From a virus (taxonomy: Duplodnaviria > Caudoviricetes), in IMG/VR virus record IMGVR_UViG_3300011118_000009, positions 1 through 50,566 of that record: 50,566 nt of DNA; one strand, 5' to 3'. Numbering within the stretch: the first letter of the stretch is position 1; the number at the start of each line of letters is the position of its first letter. Positions 9,725-20,373 of the stretch are shown here, one piece after another. The notes below the pieces were generated by a model. It worked only from the letters and a program-made list of their open reading frames with translations, did no database searches and was not told where the DNA came from. The position numbers and the translations under genes were made by a program.

Positions 9725-10723
9725 ATGAAAAAACTTGGGTTGACAACAATAATAATTGTACTCTTGTTTGTTGGATTTTTCCGTTGGAGTCAATATCAAT
9801 CTGCGGAGATAGAAAATATAAATCAAAAGAACGCTAAGATTGCTATTGAGTCTTATGAACGCAATGTTGATATACTCTCAGAGATCAAAGAGCTTAAAGA
9901 GTACAATCGTAGGCTTAATATTTTAATAAATATAAGGGATGATGAAATTGAAAATTATGAAACAGATATTAGCGGTTGGATAGATAAATCTGTTGAATTA
10001 CAAAAAGAATTGAATGCAGCACAGCCAAAAACTCCGCTTCTCGTTGATCTAATCCCGGGCATTAAAGCTGGGGTAGTTCACCTCCAGTGTCCAAACTGGC
10101 AAGGTAGTGCTTTTGTGGTTGGACCACGCATTTTAGTAACAGCGGGACACTGCGTTGAGAACGTTATTGATTTTAAGCTTACTACTGATGACGGACACTT
10201 ACTTCATGCGACCAGAGCCATATCCAGTAAGAAGCATGATATTGCATTTATTTACATTGATGACCTTACATGCCAGAATAACGTTGTAGAACACGGTTGC
10301 CAAAAGAATGCACATGAGGTTGTGCTGAAACCCCTCAAACTCGGCAGTATTGCAGAGTGCCAACTCGGGCAGAGGATAATTACAATAGGGTCTGGATTTG
10401 GAAAGGTCAACTTTAATTCGGTTACGCTTGGTATTATATCTGGGCTTGGTCGTGACTATGATAAGTTGGGTAAGGACTATCACTGGAGTGTTGCTTTCCA
10501 GACTGATAGCCCGGGATTCCCCGGAAATTCAGGATGCCCAGTCTTCACGACAGACGGAATAGTACGAGGAATATTAGTCGGTGGTTTTGATTCCAGTCTT
10601 ATTATCTGTATGCCATGTGATTTATTCATTGACGACATCGAAGAAATAAACCGGATGTTTGTTCGGGGAAAATACTACAGTGAAAAAGAAACAGATGTCG
10701 CGGAAGAAACTTGGGAATATTGA
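9725..10723 (+). CDS. Trypsin-like (S1) serine protease with N-terminal membrane anchor and coiled coil
   Basis: Catalytic triad motifs TAGHC, HDIA, PGNSGCP; hydrophobic N-terminus; AGGAG RBS. Confidence 0.9.
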   Translation: MKKLGLTTIIIVLLFVGFFRWSQYQSAEIENINQKNAKIAIESYERNVDILSEIKELKEYNRRLNILINIRDDEIENYETDISGWIDKSVELQKELNAAQPKTPLLVDLIPGIKAGVVHLQCPNWQGSAFVVGPRILVTAGHCVENVIDFKLTTDDGHLLHATRAISSKKHDIAFIYIDDLTCQNNVVEHGCQKNAHEVVLKPLKLGSIAECQLGQRIITIGSGFGKVNFNSVTLGIISGLGRDYDKLGKDYHWSVAFQTDSPGFPGNSGCPVFTTDGIVRGILVGGFDSSLIICMPCDLFIDDIEEINRMFVRGKYYSEKETDVAEETWEY

Positions 10724-10744
10724 TATATTGGACAAGGTGAAATT

Positions 10745-13393
10745 ATGCCGGAAGATAGGATTTATTTGCCATATAGATTTCAGACTCCGAGAATGGATCA
10801 ATCGGTTCCCTCGAATCAAGTAAAGCCGGGTTCGTTTGGAAGACTTTCCGGTGTCGATGGTAGGTTCAATGGAGGACTTCATAAGTTCTATGGAATGAAA
10901 GAAGTTCTGGATTTAGATGATGAAGCTGTTATTGATATGGGAGCCATTGATACCCACAGTGGCCCGAGTTTCTTTAAGTATGTTACATTTCAAAAAAGAA
11001 ATACATCTACAGTCTATAGAGGTTTCGTTATCCGATGGGACAATACAGGGAGTACAACCGACCAGCAAGTCGATTTAATATATACTTTGGACAATGGAAG
11101 CAATTGGTTGAAGCTTGCTATCTGGGCAAGTGGGGCTGGGAATGGAATTACATCCAGTCTCGAAATAGATTGTGTAGTTGATCGTGGTTACTTAATTGTA
11201 TCAGTTGATACCAAGGCTTCCAAAACAATCTATTGGAATGGGACTGCTTTAGTAGCCATAGATTCGGGTCCAGGTGCTTTTGATTCTGAGTTAGGGGCCA
11301 TGACTTTCGATACCTCCGCAGTGGATACGGATTATCAACTTCATGGATCGGGGACTTATCAAGTTGCCTATCGATTTTATTCATCTACTCGTGGGATTTA
11401 TAGTGCTTTGAGTGATCCAATGACAATTCACCTGGATCATCTCAAGACAACAAAAGCAACGGGAACTGTTAGTCTCTCCACTGCGGGGGATGACGCTGGT
11501 TTAATGATAGAGGGCGATATTATTACAATCAATGGTCGAACTTATGAATATATTAGTTCGGGGTCAGATGTAACTGTCGCTGCCGCTGCGGGGGCTACCG
11601 TTGCTCAACATGCTACGGCTTTGGCGGATGCCATCAATGGAGATAGTTCGGCAGTCGTAACAGCTTCGGCACAGGCTTCCAGTGTTCTCTTGGAATCCAT
11701 AGTTAGGGGAACTGCTGGTAATGCTTATACTTTAACTAAAACAGAGGTGGCCCCATATCAAACAGATATATCCGTGTCTGGGGCTACACTATCCGGGGGT
11801 GGTGTTATAACCACAGAATCCGAAACCCAAGTAAAAGCAACAATAGATTTTCCTGCTAATGACGCTGTTATATCTGGACAAGTTTATGCAAATATTACTG
11901 CACTATTTGATACGGTTGATGTGTTTCGCACGATAGACCTCGGAGAATCTTTCACGGGGCAAGGTGCAATATTTTACTTGGAACAAACAATCGCCAAGAC
12001 TGGTAATTGGGCTACATCTGGAACTTGGGATTCTCTACAAGTCAATATTGGAACCCTTGTCGATGACGCTCTTCCATTCCAGACCATGTATGATCCTGAA
12101 AAAGATATTATTGCTGCACCTCCGCAGAGTGGAACTATTGGGCGGTATGCTGGAATTACATTTATGGCCCAGGCTTCGGATACCGATGGGGGATACGATA
12201 CGCTCTGGAGTAGTGTCGAACATACTTCCCCGGAATATTTTAGTACCTATAATCGGCGAGTGGGGGACCCCGAAGACGGTAGGCCACTTCGGTTTATTCC
12301 TGCGGGAGATTCTTTGTTTCAACTTGGGTATAATTCCATTACTCATATATATAAATCGGGAAAATTAAAACCGATTCAGTTTACCCGGCTACATCGAAAG
12401 CGTGGCCCCGTGGGGAAAGAGGTTGCCCACTCCTCTGGGAATAGTGTCTTTATGATTTCCGGCCTCGGGCTAATTGTCTTGAATGCCACAGACGGGGGAA
12501 TGGGAAGTGTCTCTACCGCCGACCGAGTAATCTTTGACGATTGGAAATCCAATATCTCCGATGTTAAAAGCTGTTATGATGCTATAATGAATGCATCCTT
12601 CTTCCTTGAGCCCACTGCGGAGGAGGTGCTTATTCTTTGGCATTCTACTCAAGTTTGTTCCATGTTGGATGGGGCAAACTTTGTGGGGGCTACATCGGGA
12701 CCCGACATAGCAACTGGCAAAAATGATCGGGCGTTCTTTATTACGGCAACGGGACTCATAGTTAGCCCGGATAACTTGGAGGCAGGTAGTGGAACGATGT
12801 GGGATATAAGCAGTTCTTATACTATCAATGGCACTGCAACTGCTACATCCAGTACAACCCTGACAGACGAAGATGCTACACTGAACGCTGATATGGTTGG
12901 AACTAAATTGTATATGGCGAGCGGCGACAACGCCGGAGATTCCCGAGAAATATCGGGAATAGATAATGATACAAAAGTGGTTACATTCACTTCCGCGTTT
13001 GACAATGATATAACTACCGGCGATAGATACGCTGTCAGCCCTATACCTTTTTCCGCCAGGGCATGGCCATTGCAGGTTCCAGAACTATCTAAATTCAATC
13101 GGTGGATTACCACAGGCGTGGCCTTGAAAGTACGGAAACTGTCAGGATTTGACGGTAATGTGAATGACCATTGGCGAGTGGGGGCATATCGTAACAGTGG
13201 AACAACCATTGAAAGCACAACCGCGTATCCCAGTGTTGATTCAAATCCATCCGAATCTGCGGAGGCTTTGAACATAGCGGGGATTGATTTGGAGCCTTAT
13301 ATAGAGCAGATTGCCTCAGGGGTTAAGTTTGAATTGACAGATGCCGAATTCCCAGTATGCTTAACCGATTCAAGAAAAGTAAATAGCTCTTGA
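10745..13393 (+). CDS. Large tail protein (nozzle / tail tubular protein B-like)
   Basis: 882 aa beta-rich protein lying between fibre and ejection genes. Confidence 0.6.
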   Translation: MPEDRIYLPYRFQTPRMDQSVPSNQVKPGSFGRLSGVDGRFNGGLHKFYGMKEVLDLDDEAVIDMGAIDTHSGPSFFKYVTFQKRNTSTVYRGFVIRWDNTGSTTDQQVDLIYTLDNGSNWLKLAIWASGAGNGITSSLEIDCVVDRGYLIVSVDTKASKTIYWNGTALVAIDSGPGAFDSELGAMTFDTSAVDTDYQLHGSGTYQVAYRFYSSTRGIYSALSDPMTIHLDHLKTTKATGTVSLSTAGDDAGLMIEGDIITINGRTYEYISSGSDVTVAAAAGATVAQHATALADAINGDSSAVVTASAQASSVLLESIVRGTAGNAYTLTKTEVAPYQTDISVSGATLSGGGVITTESETQVKATIDFPANDAVISGQVYANITALFDTVDVFRTIDLGESFTGQGAIFYLEQTIAKTGNWATSGTWDSLQVNIGTLVDDALPFQTMYDPEKDIIAAPPQSGTIGRYAGITFMAQASDTDGGYDTLWSSVEHTSPEYFSTYNRRVGDPEDGRPLRFIPAGDSLFQLGYNSITHIYKSGKLKPIQFTRLHRKRGPVGKEVAHSSGNSVFMISGLGLIVLNATDGGMGSVSTADRVIFDDWKSNISDVKSCYDAIMNASFFLEPTAEEVLILWHSTQVCSMLDGANFVGATSGPDIATGKNDRAFFITATGLIVSPDNLEAGSGTMWDISSSYTINGTATATSSTTLTDEDATLNADMVGTKLYMASGDNAGDSREISGIDNDTKVVTFTSAFDNDITTGDRYAVSPIPFSARAWPLQVPELSKFNRWITTGVALKVRKLSGFDGNVNDHWRVGAYRNSGTTIESTTAYPSVDSNPSESAEALNIAGIDLEPYIEQIASGVKFELTDAEFPVCLTDSRKVNSS

Positions 13394-13417
13394 CAAATTT
13401 TGGAAATGTGGTAGAAT
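13390..13417 (+). promoter_or_regulatory. Sigma70-type promoter, 16-bp spacer class
   Basis: TTGACA-16-TAGAAT with extended -10 TG. Confidence 0.7.
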
Positions 13418-13440
13418 AATAGTAGCAAGGGATAGTATAT

Positions 13441-13656
13441 ATGACAGGAAAGGCAATTTTTATGAGAGAACCCAAACTTTTTGGACAAGATAAATATGAA
13501 GTTGAAAACGCTGCTGATACTTTATCTCGGGCTCACGAATTGGAAAGTATAAAACCCGAAATTTATGCGGCGGCACTTAAATTATTGAAGAAGCGACAAA
13601 TAGCTATTAGTGCTGTACTTAGGGCATCTGCTTCTAAAAGGAGTAACAATGGCTGA
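13441..13656 (+). CDS. Hypothetical protein
   Basis: 71 aa directly downstream of the promoter. Confidence 0.6.
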   Translation: MTGKAIFMREPKLFGQDKYEVENAADTLSRAHELESIKPEIYAAALKLLKKRQIAISAVLRASASKRSNNG

Positions 13657-14647
13657 TATAAATACTACAACTCCTACAACCACTACGCCTACAGATTATC
13701 AATCTTATTTAGATAAGCTAAAACAGTCTGCGGCTCAAACACGGAAGGTTGAGAAATCGGATGTTCCTTATGGTATTTCTAAACTTGTTGCGGATGCTCC
13801 CGAGGGAGGAGATAAATTGAAGGGTCAAGCTGTTATATCCCAATATGAACAACAAGTAAAGACAAAAAAGAAACAAGCTGCAAAAGCTGCCACTGGACTT
13901 GAGATGGTGGGAGAATATACTGGAAAGTATATGGAGAATCTCGAAGCCATTCAAGGTCAGGTTAGAGCACAAACTGAGAGTGCCAAAGATTCCTGGGGGG
14001 CGGCGGCTGAGAAAGCGGATGAATATGTACAGGCGGCTCGGGGTAGGGTAGGAGAAGTTCTGGGAAAGATTGATGAAATCAATGCACAAATCGGAAAGGA
14101 TCGGGATTTCTCTAAGGCTCATGCAATGCAAGCGTCTGTCCAGGCTACACTTGGTTCTATGAAATCCGAAGAACGAAACATAATGGAAACCTATGGTACG
14201 GATAGTAAGGAGTATCAACAATTTACGGCAAGTAAAAAAGTGGCCTTGGGGGCAGTACAGAGTAATATACATGCTACGTATGCCCAACTTGCCGAACAAC
14301 AGGGCTTATCATATTTGAATGCAACATCCGATGCCATGACAAAATCAAATATGTATTTGGGATTCCAAGAACAGCAACATGTTGAGATGTTGAAATATAA
14401 AGACAGTGCCAAGAATGCGTACAACCTTCAAGTTGCTCAATTTCAAACCGGAGTAGAACAATTAAAGATGGCGGGGATGGAAAACCTTGCCAACTGGATA
14501 ATCGAAACCCCTACGTTTTCTATGGATATGACCCCGTTAGTAACTCTAATCACTGAATTAGATTTGGGACCTCCGCAAAGGGGGGAGGCTCCTGTTGGTC
14601 TATCTGCTCGTCAGAAGACAATGATGACTCCTGGAATAAGGAAATAA
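13649..14647 (+). CDS. Putative internal virion (ejection) protein
   Basis: ATG 13649 with AAGGAG RBS; helical Ala/Gln/Lys-rich. Confidence 0.6.
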   Translation: MADINTTTPTTTTPTDYQSYLDKLKQSAAQTRKVEKSDVPYGISKLVADAPEGGDKLKGQAVISQYEQQVKTKKKQAAKAATGLEMVGEYTGKYMENLEAIQGQVRAQTESAKDSWGAAAEKADEYVQAARGRVGEVLGKIDEINAQIGKDRDFSKAHAMQASVQATLGSMKSEERNIMETYGTDSKEYQQFTASKKVALGAVQSNIHATYAQLAEQQGLSYLNATSDAMTKSNMYLGFQEQQHVEMLKYKDSAKNAYNLQVAQFQTGVEQLKMAGMENLANWIIETPTFSMDMTPLVTLITELDLGPPQRGEAPVGLSARQKTMMTPGIRK

Positions 14648-14648
14648 T

Positions 14649-15950
14649 ATGGCAAGAGGAAAAGATGCTCCGGCGATAACCGGGGGACAAATTGATCCTT
14701 ATGTTGCGGGTACATTGCAGCGAGGGAAAGAAATGAAACAGAGTAGGCTCTTGGCTGCTATGAAAGAGAAGGGTGCAACAGAACGAGCGGGGATTGCAAG
14801 TTCTACTCAATTGCAAACTGCTGGTATACAGCAGGAGACCTCTCTTAAAATGCAGGCGGCTCAATCTGCGTCAGATGATAGACGTGCGGCAGAAGCGGAG
14901 CGAGGTCGCCGAGAGGATATGAAATTCACTGAGACCATGCAACAGTCTACCCGAACATTTCAAGCAAAACAAGCTGAGTTGTCTAAAGAGCATCAGTTAG
15001 CAATGGTCAAAGGAGATCGGGACTTCGCAGAAAAAATCAGAGCCAAACAAAAATCCCTCCGCAGGTTTGCAATTGAAAAACAGACCGCTGCCCAAGAGCG
15101 TAGTACGAATGCTATCTTGTCTGTTGTGAAGGGAAGTCTCAACCGGGAGTCCGCAAAAGAAAAAGCTCTTACGGTTCTAAGTCAAGAAGCCGATAAGTTT
15201 GATAAAGACAAAACAATTTATGAGCGAACTAAAACCCGAGTTATAGAAAATGTAGGGACAGATAGGCGACTTGATTTACCCATCGTAGGTAAATTTACCT
15301 TGGGGAAAGCTCGTGGATTTGCCATTCTCCCCGGAGTTGCACCTCCCGTAGGGAAAGAACTTATACCGGGGACTCAAGCCGATCCAATGGGGGTTCTTCA
15401 AGATCAGTTTGATAAAAACAAAGCGGGTGTGTCTGTTGAACAATTGGCCCCGGAAAATATACATCTAATAGAGGACGCCCTACAAAACGGAACTCTTTCT
15501 GCGGAGGAAATTAGAAGTACACTCGGGGTACTGGAAGGAATGAAGGATGTCTTGGAACAAAAGCGAAAAGCTAATCCCCTGAGTGCAGGAGAAGATGCTT
15601 ACGATTTTTGGAACGGGTCTTATCAATCTATAATTGATATGCGAGATGCCGTAGAGGGACTTGCGGATAGTCCAAAGAAAGTAACTGATAATGAACAGGA
15701 AACAGTAGGCTCTCGGGTTCAATATGCTCTTGGGGTTATACGAGATAATTCTTTGGGGGGACGAGCTTCCCGACTTCGAGAACTTAGTAGTGGTAATTTT
15801 GAAGCTGTCTTTGAAGACATGACAAAACAACTTCAAATCCCCTCGCTTTGGGATATCAACCCAGAAATGACTGATTATGAACGAGAGATAAGAGAAGATG
15901 AAAATGCAATGTTAATGCGATTATATCCTAATCTTGGAGGTGCTGAATAA
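14649..15950 (+). CDS. Putative internal virion (ejection) protein
   Basis: 433 aa, coiled-coil rich. Confidence 0.6.
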   Translation: MARGKDAPAITGGQIDPYVAGTLQRGKEMKQSRLLAAMKEKGATERAGIASSTQLQTAGIQQETSLKMQAAQSASDDRRAAEAERGRREDMKFTETMQQSTRTFQAKQAELSKEHQLAMVKGDRDFAEKIRAKQKSLRRFAIEKQTAAQERSTNAILSVVKGSLNRESAKEKALTVLSQEADKFDKDKTIYERTKTRVIENVGTDRRLDLPIVGKFTLGKARGFAILPGVAPPVGKELIPGTQADPMGVLQDQFDKNKAGVSVEQLAPENIHLIEDALQNGTLSAEEIRSTLGVLEGMKDVLEQKRKANPLSAGEDAYDFWNGSYQSIIDMRDAVEGLADSPKKVTDNEQETVGSRVQYALGVIRDNSLGGRASRLRELSSGNFEAVFEDMTKQLQIPSLWDINPEMTDYEREIREDENAMLMRLYPNLGGAE

Positions 15951-16399
15951 TGCCTGCTCCTATTGCTTATGGTGCTGGTCTTGCTGTTGGTAAGGCTTTG
16001 CCATTCATTTCAAAACACTTGTTGTCTCTTCTTATCGGCGGAGGAATTATTGGGGGCCAGGCCCTTGGGGAAATTGGTCGAAGCGGGGAACGTAAATTGG
16101 CTCGGGGACAAATGGAGTTGGAAGCTACTCTTGCCAAGAGTTCTGCGGAGGCAGGAAAGAAAGCCACTGCGGAGTCTCGTGCTCGGGCCAAAGAATATAC
16201 GGAACAACTTTTGAAGGCTAAAAGAGAAGAACGCAGAGAATCTCGGGATATAGCTGCAATGGAATCTTTCACACAGAGTCAAGATCGACAAATGGCTTTG
16301 ATTTTACAGGCGATACAAGCGATGTCTGCCAAACCAATGGGAGCAGGAACACAGGCTCCCGGTGGGGGTGGCATGCTTGGGTTGATGAGGGGAGCGTAA
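15950..16399 (+). CDS. Putative ejection protein with Gly-rich hydrophobic N-terminus
   Basis: MPAPIAYGAGLAVG...LLIGGGIIGG followed by coiled coil. Confidence 0.6.
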   Translation: MPAPIAYGAGLAVGKALPFISKHLLSLLIGGGIIGGQALGEIGRSGERKLARGQMELEATLAKSSAEAGKKATAESRARAKEYTEQLLKAKREERRESRDIAAMESFTQSQDRQMALILQAIQAMSAKPMGAGTQAPGGGGMLGLMRGA

Positions 16400-16400
16400 T

Positions 16401-16778
16401 ATGCCGATAGATTGGAATAATTTATACGGGAAAAAAACAAGTGTAACATCCTCTCCAACTCCAACAGGGGGGCATTTGAGTGGAGTAAAGTCCAAGTTAG
16501 GTGGGATGGGATTAAAAGGAATAGGAGCCCAGTTAATTGGATTGTTTATGTTAGATAAGATACTCCAGACAAGACACCAATCGGGGATGCGTGGAATACA
16601 AGCAGAGGGAATGAGTCGGCAAGCTGAAATGGCTACTCCTGAAAATCTACTTACACAGGCGGCTCTTCCACAGGCACAAGAAGAAGAATCTATGGCAAGG
16701 AACGCTTTGTTACTACAGTTATCCGGGGGAGTCATAGGTCCCACCGTAGCTAAAGGAAACCGGATGATTGGAGGGTAA
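16401..16778 (+). CDS. Putative small ejection protein
   Basis: Gly-rich hydrophobic segment followed by a Gln-rich helix. Confidence 0.55.
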   Translation: MPIDWNNLYGKKTSVTSSPTPTGGHLSGVKSKLGGMGLKGIGAQLIGLFMLDKILQTRHQSGMRGIQAEGMSRQAEMATPENLLTQAALPQAQEEESMARNALLLQLSGGVIGPTVAKGNRMIGG

Positions 16779-16781
16779 CGG

Positions 16782-19700
16782 ATGCCTAAATATGATCCTT
16801 CTACAGACGTGCCCTTTGGGATTGCTGGAGCCGATTTTCCAATTTCTGTGTACGACAGGCCTCAGCTTGCATTCGGCAATCTACTTAAAGGCAATGTAGA
16901 TGCAGCCACCCGTGCTATTTTTTCTCCCCAAACTTTAACTCCTTCGGAAATGAAGACAGTTCGGGACACTCTTTTCCGAGGAAAAAAACCAAATCTAATT
17001 CTTAAAACTATTACAGATATCGCCACTAACCCACTTGTAATCATGGGATTAGCCGTGGGGTTATGGAAATTTCCTCTTGGGACCGCTCAACCACTACTTG
17101 AATTACGTCGTGGACTCATTCCTAAATCGGCAGCTATGGGAAAGATGATGTCTGGTTTACATGGAGCCATGATGAACCTCCGCAGTATTCCCGGGATGTT
17201 TGAGTCATTGCTTGGGGTTACTACAGAGACTACTAAGTTTATGGCTAAGTATGGAGATGATGCCAATGCTATTTTCTTAAAGACTGGCCGACTTTCCCGG
17301 GCGGAAGGTGCATTGGTGTCGGCGAGATTAGATGGGCTCCATAAATCTTCTCATTACATGGTTAAGGCTCTTCGGAATGAACCGGAATGGCTTGCTTTTA
17401 TGGGGGGAAAAGATGTCCCTATTGCATCTAATATACAAGGGGTTATGGATTCTCGGTTAGTGGGACTATCAGATCGACTCCGGGGATGGTATAATGCGAC
17501 GCGTAAGACTGTAAGTAAATCCCCGGAAGTTTTGGGTCGAGTTAGAAAGGCAGTAGAGAAAAAAGGGTTGCAGTTTGGAGACGACGTTGAAGATTATTTT
17601 CCTCGTCACGGTCAGTATAATAAATACTATAAGCGATCCATTCGAGGGACAACCGGAATTCAATATCGTACTTGGTTGCACAAGGAAACCGGAGCGATGG
17701 TTGGGAAAGAACAAATAGCTCGAACAGGTGGGTTATTTGCTAATCTGGACGACATACAGATGCTCGAACAATCCGGGGCAATTAAGCCGGGCTTTTCAAA
17801 AATGGTCAAGTCTATTATGACTCGAAGAAGTCAAGCATCCTCCGCAAAGGCAGGTGAAATTTGGGGAGATATTACACGAATAGGTCTGGACGAATCTCAA
17901 GCCCGGGTTGAATTTGTACGTAGAATGAGAGAATATTATACAAAGGGGGGCGGAAAACATCTCGACTTTGTTCGTCGGCTTGGTAATCCAAAGATGGCAG
18001 ACGATACTTTAGATTCAATGGCGGGGGCTTTGCAAGATGCAACATTTAAGGGCGGTGGTAAACTACAGAAAGAACTTTTTGAAATTGGAAGAGTTCTCGC
18101 GGAGCCAGCCCAATATACTTTGAATCCTTGGGACGCGACGGGTAGATATTTGAGTTCTATGGCGTCCTCGTATGCCTGGCATGGGACAGGCCTTGGTGAC
18201 AAAATTATGACCATTGCCAAGAAACCAGGGGTCTATAAAAATGCTCCCTATCTCGAATCATACCTATATGATGATATAATTCCCCATGTGCGGGGGTTGA
18301 AATCATATCAAGAACTCCAACGATCCATTTCTTTCTCTTCGGGGAAAGAGAAAATCTATAACTGGTTACAACAAACTCCAATAGCAGATCAGGTCTTGGG
18401 TAAAAAAGGAAAAGATTGGCTCCTGAAATATTTTGGGGATACATCTAAATCCCTATCTGCGGAGGGGGTCGGATCAAAAATAGCTCATTCTTTTTATCTG
18501 TCTACTCTTGGAACTAATATTTCTCCGGCCTCTAAGAACCTGCTACAAAACTTTCTTACCACGATGAATACTCCAGGAATTGGACCACAAGGTATTTATA
18601 GGGGATTGATGGGGGTTCGAGGGGGCGAAGGTGCATTGGGAAAGATGCAAGAATATCTCCGCATGATTACAACGGGGACAGGAACAAAAGCAGCTTTCCG
18701 CAAGGCATTCCCAGAATATATAGATGATATGGGCGATGCTTCTCAAATCGTAGAGTCAATGCTTGCCGGGGATGTCGCAAAAGAAGGAATAGCGGGGAAA
18801 TTTCTCGGGGTAAAAGGGAAATGGGAACAAATTAAGACGGCTATGCTCATGCCTTTTAGTACCTCGGAAGGGTTTAATAGGATAGTGGGGTATTATGCGG
18901 GGAGAAATTCACACCTGTTCCATAATGCAAGGAAACTTGCGGGGGCGTCCAATGCAGTAAAGAGTCAAATATTCAAAGAGGCGGGGCAAGTAGGTCAATC
19001 TCTTACAATGACCTCGCACTTTACTGGTGGTCCGTTGGGGATACCAAAAGCCCTAATCAATACATGGGCTCCTTGGCGACAGTTTATGCACTTTCCCACG
19101 CGATTTGCTGGTTTCTTACATGGTTCTCTTCGCATGGGGCCAGACCCCTCAAAGTTGGATTGGGGGACGATAGGGAGAACAGTCGCTGGTTCTACCGCCG
19201 CTTATGTTGGAGCGAGAAACTTGGCGGGGGTAGATATTTCATCAGGACTTATGACAGGAGCTTTGCCTGTTCCAACCTATGAAGGGGCTCCATTCTATCC
19301 CTGGCCGCTTGTACCACCGGCCTTGAGCGTAGCTGGTACGGCAGTTAAGTCTTTATTAACGGGGTCAACTGAGGGATTGGAGGGGGCAGCTTCTTTATTG
19401 GTCCCAGGCGGCGTTGCTGCACGTAAGGCATACCGTAGTTTGGCCCCTAAGTATGCCGATTATAAGAATAGAACGCCGGATGGCCGCATCCCACTCTATA
19501 ATGATTCTCATGCCTTGATAGGTACGATGTCGCCTATGCAGCTAACCCTTCGGGCGTTGGGCTTAAAATCATCTGGTTTAGCAGCGGAACAAGGGGCTGC
19601 TAAGTGGCTCTTGGCACAGCGAGAGAAACTCAGGGCCTATCGTCGGGATTATCTACAGGCTCTCACAGAGAACGACAACCGAAAAGCCGAAGACATACAA

Positions 19701-19928
19701 AGAGAATTTAGACGGGCATACCCTGAACTTGGACCGCTCCAGGTTAAGAAGTCCGATATTAGAGCTATTGAGAACCGAAGAGAAATATCCAGACTCCACA
19801 GGATTGAGAAAGGAGTCCCCTCGGCGTATCGACCGCTCTTTAGTCAAGTCCTCGGAGAGGCCAGCCTTGCTCGTGTCACAGAAGATATCGAATCCGGGTC
19901 AACGGGCCTCGAAGCTTATCTACAATAA
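16782..19928 (+). CDS. Large internal virion / DNA-ejection protein
   Basis: 1048 aa helical protein, last gene of the structural block, the usual position of the large podovirus ejection protein. Confidence 0.65.
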   Translation: MPKYDPSTDVPFGIAGADFPISVYDRPQLAFGNLLKGNVDAATRAIFSPQTLTPSEMKTVRDTLFRGKKPNLILKTITDIATNPLVIMGLAVGLWKFPLGTAQPLLELRRGLIPKSAAMGKMMSGLHGAMMNLRSIPGMFESLLGVTTETTKFMAKYGDDANAIFLKTGRLSRAEGALVSARLDGLHKSSHYMVKALRNEPEWLAFMGGKDVPIASNIQGVMDSRLVGLSDRLRGWYNATRKTVSKSPEVLGRVRKAVEKKGLQFGDDVEDYFPRHGQYNKYYKRSIRGTTGIQYRTWLHKETGAMVGKEQIARTGGLFANLDDIQMLEQSGAIKPGFSKMVKSIMTRRSQASSAKAGEIWGDITRIGLDESQARVEFVRRMREYYTKGGGKHLDFVRRLGNPKMADDTLDSMAGALQDATFKGGGKLQKELFEIGRVLAEPAQYTLNPWDATGRYLSSMASSYAWHGTGLGDKIMTIAKKPGVYKNAPYLESYLYDDIIPHVRGLKSYQELQRSISFSSGKEKIYNWLQQTPIADQVLGKKGKDWLLKYFGDTSKSLSAEGVGSKIAHSFYLSTLGTNISPASKNLLQNFLTTMNTPGIGPQGIYRGLMGVRGGEGALGKMQEYLRMITTGTGTKAAFRKAFPEYIDDMGDASQIVESMLAGDVAKEGIAGKFLGVKGKWEQIKTAMLMPFSTSEGFNRIVGYYAGRNSHLFHNARKLAGASNAVKSQIFKEAGQVGQSLTMTSHFTGGPLGIPKALINTWAPWRQFMHFPTRFAGFLHGSLRMGPDPSKLDWGTIGRTVAGSTAAYVGARNLAGVDISSGLMTGALPVPTYEGAPFYPWPLVPPALSVAGTAVKSLLTGSTEGLEGAASLLVPGGVAARKAYRSLAPKYADYKNRTPDGRIPLYNDSHALIGTMSPMQLTLRALGLKSSGLAAEQGAAKWLLAQREKLRAYRRDYLQALTENDNRKAEDIQREFRRAYPELGPLQVKKSDIRAIENRREISRLHRIEKGVPSAYRPLFSQVLGEASLARVTEDIESGSTGLEAYLQ

Positions 19929-19941
19929 TCTTATTTTTTTG

Positions 19942-19970
19942 TTGACTTTCCTCCGCAGAAGTGGTATAAT
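19942..19970 (+). promoter_or_regulatory. Sigma70-type promoter of the replication operon, 9-mer in spacer
   Basis: TTGACT-17-TATAAT, extended -10; CCTCCGCAG at 19950. Confidence 0.85.
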
Positions 19971-20013
19971 ATACACATAATCGAACCCAAAATATATTTG
20001 AAAGGAAAAGAAA

Positions 20014-20373
20014 ATGAAAGAACGAATTGAAATTACAGTTAAAGTAAATGGGGAAGTAGTGCCGCTATCCTCTCTCTCGGATGAGGCCATTAGCAATATC
20101 AAACAGCAAGAAAGACAGCAACTGGAGAAGAACGTTCCGGTATTCAGTAAACTCTCGAATCGTCTCGTTGTAAAATTGACTCCTACCGTAATAAAAACAA
20201 TGCGAGAATTAATAAGGCAACTGGACAGTGAGAACTACTACCCAGAAAAGGGAAGTTATATGTCTTTTGAGCCGAATGGGCTTGTTGGTACATATTATCT
20301 GGGAAAAACGCAAGCAGATGTTTTGTCGTCCTATTCCGGTGGATATCTGGAAGCTATTTTTCCGGGAAAATAA
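20014..20373 (+). CDS. Hypothetical protein
   Basis: 119 aa; TTGAAAGGA RBS. Confidence 0.65.
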   Translation: MKERIEITVKVNGEVVPLSSLSDEAISNIKQQERQQLEKNVPVFSKLSNRLVVKLTPTVIKTMRELIRQLDSENYYPEKGSYMSFEPNGLVGTYYLGKTQADVLSSYSGGYLEAIFPGK

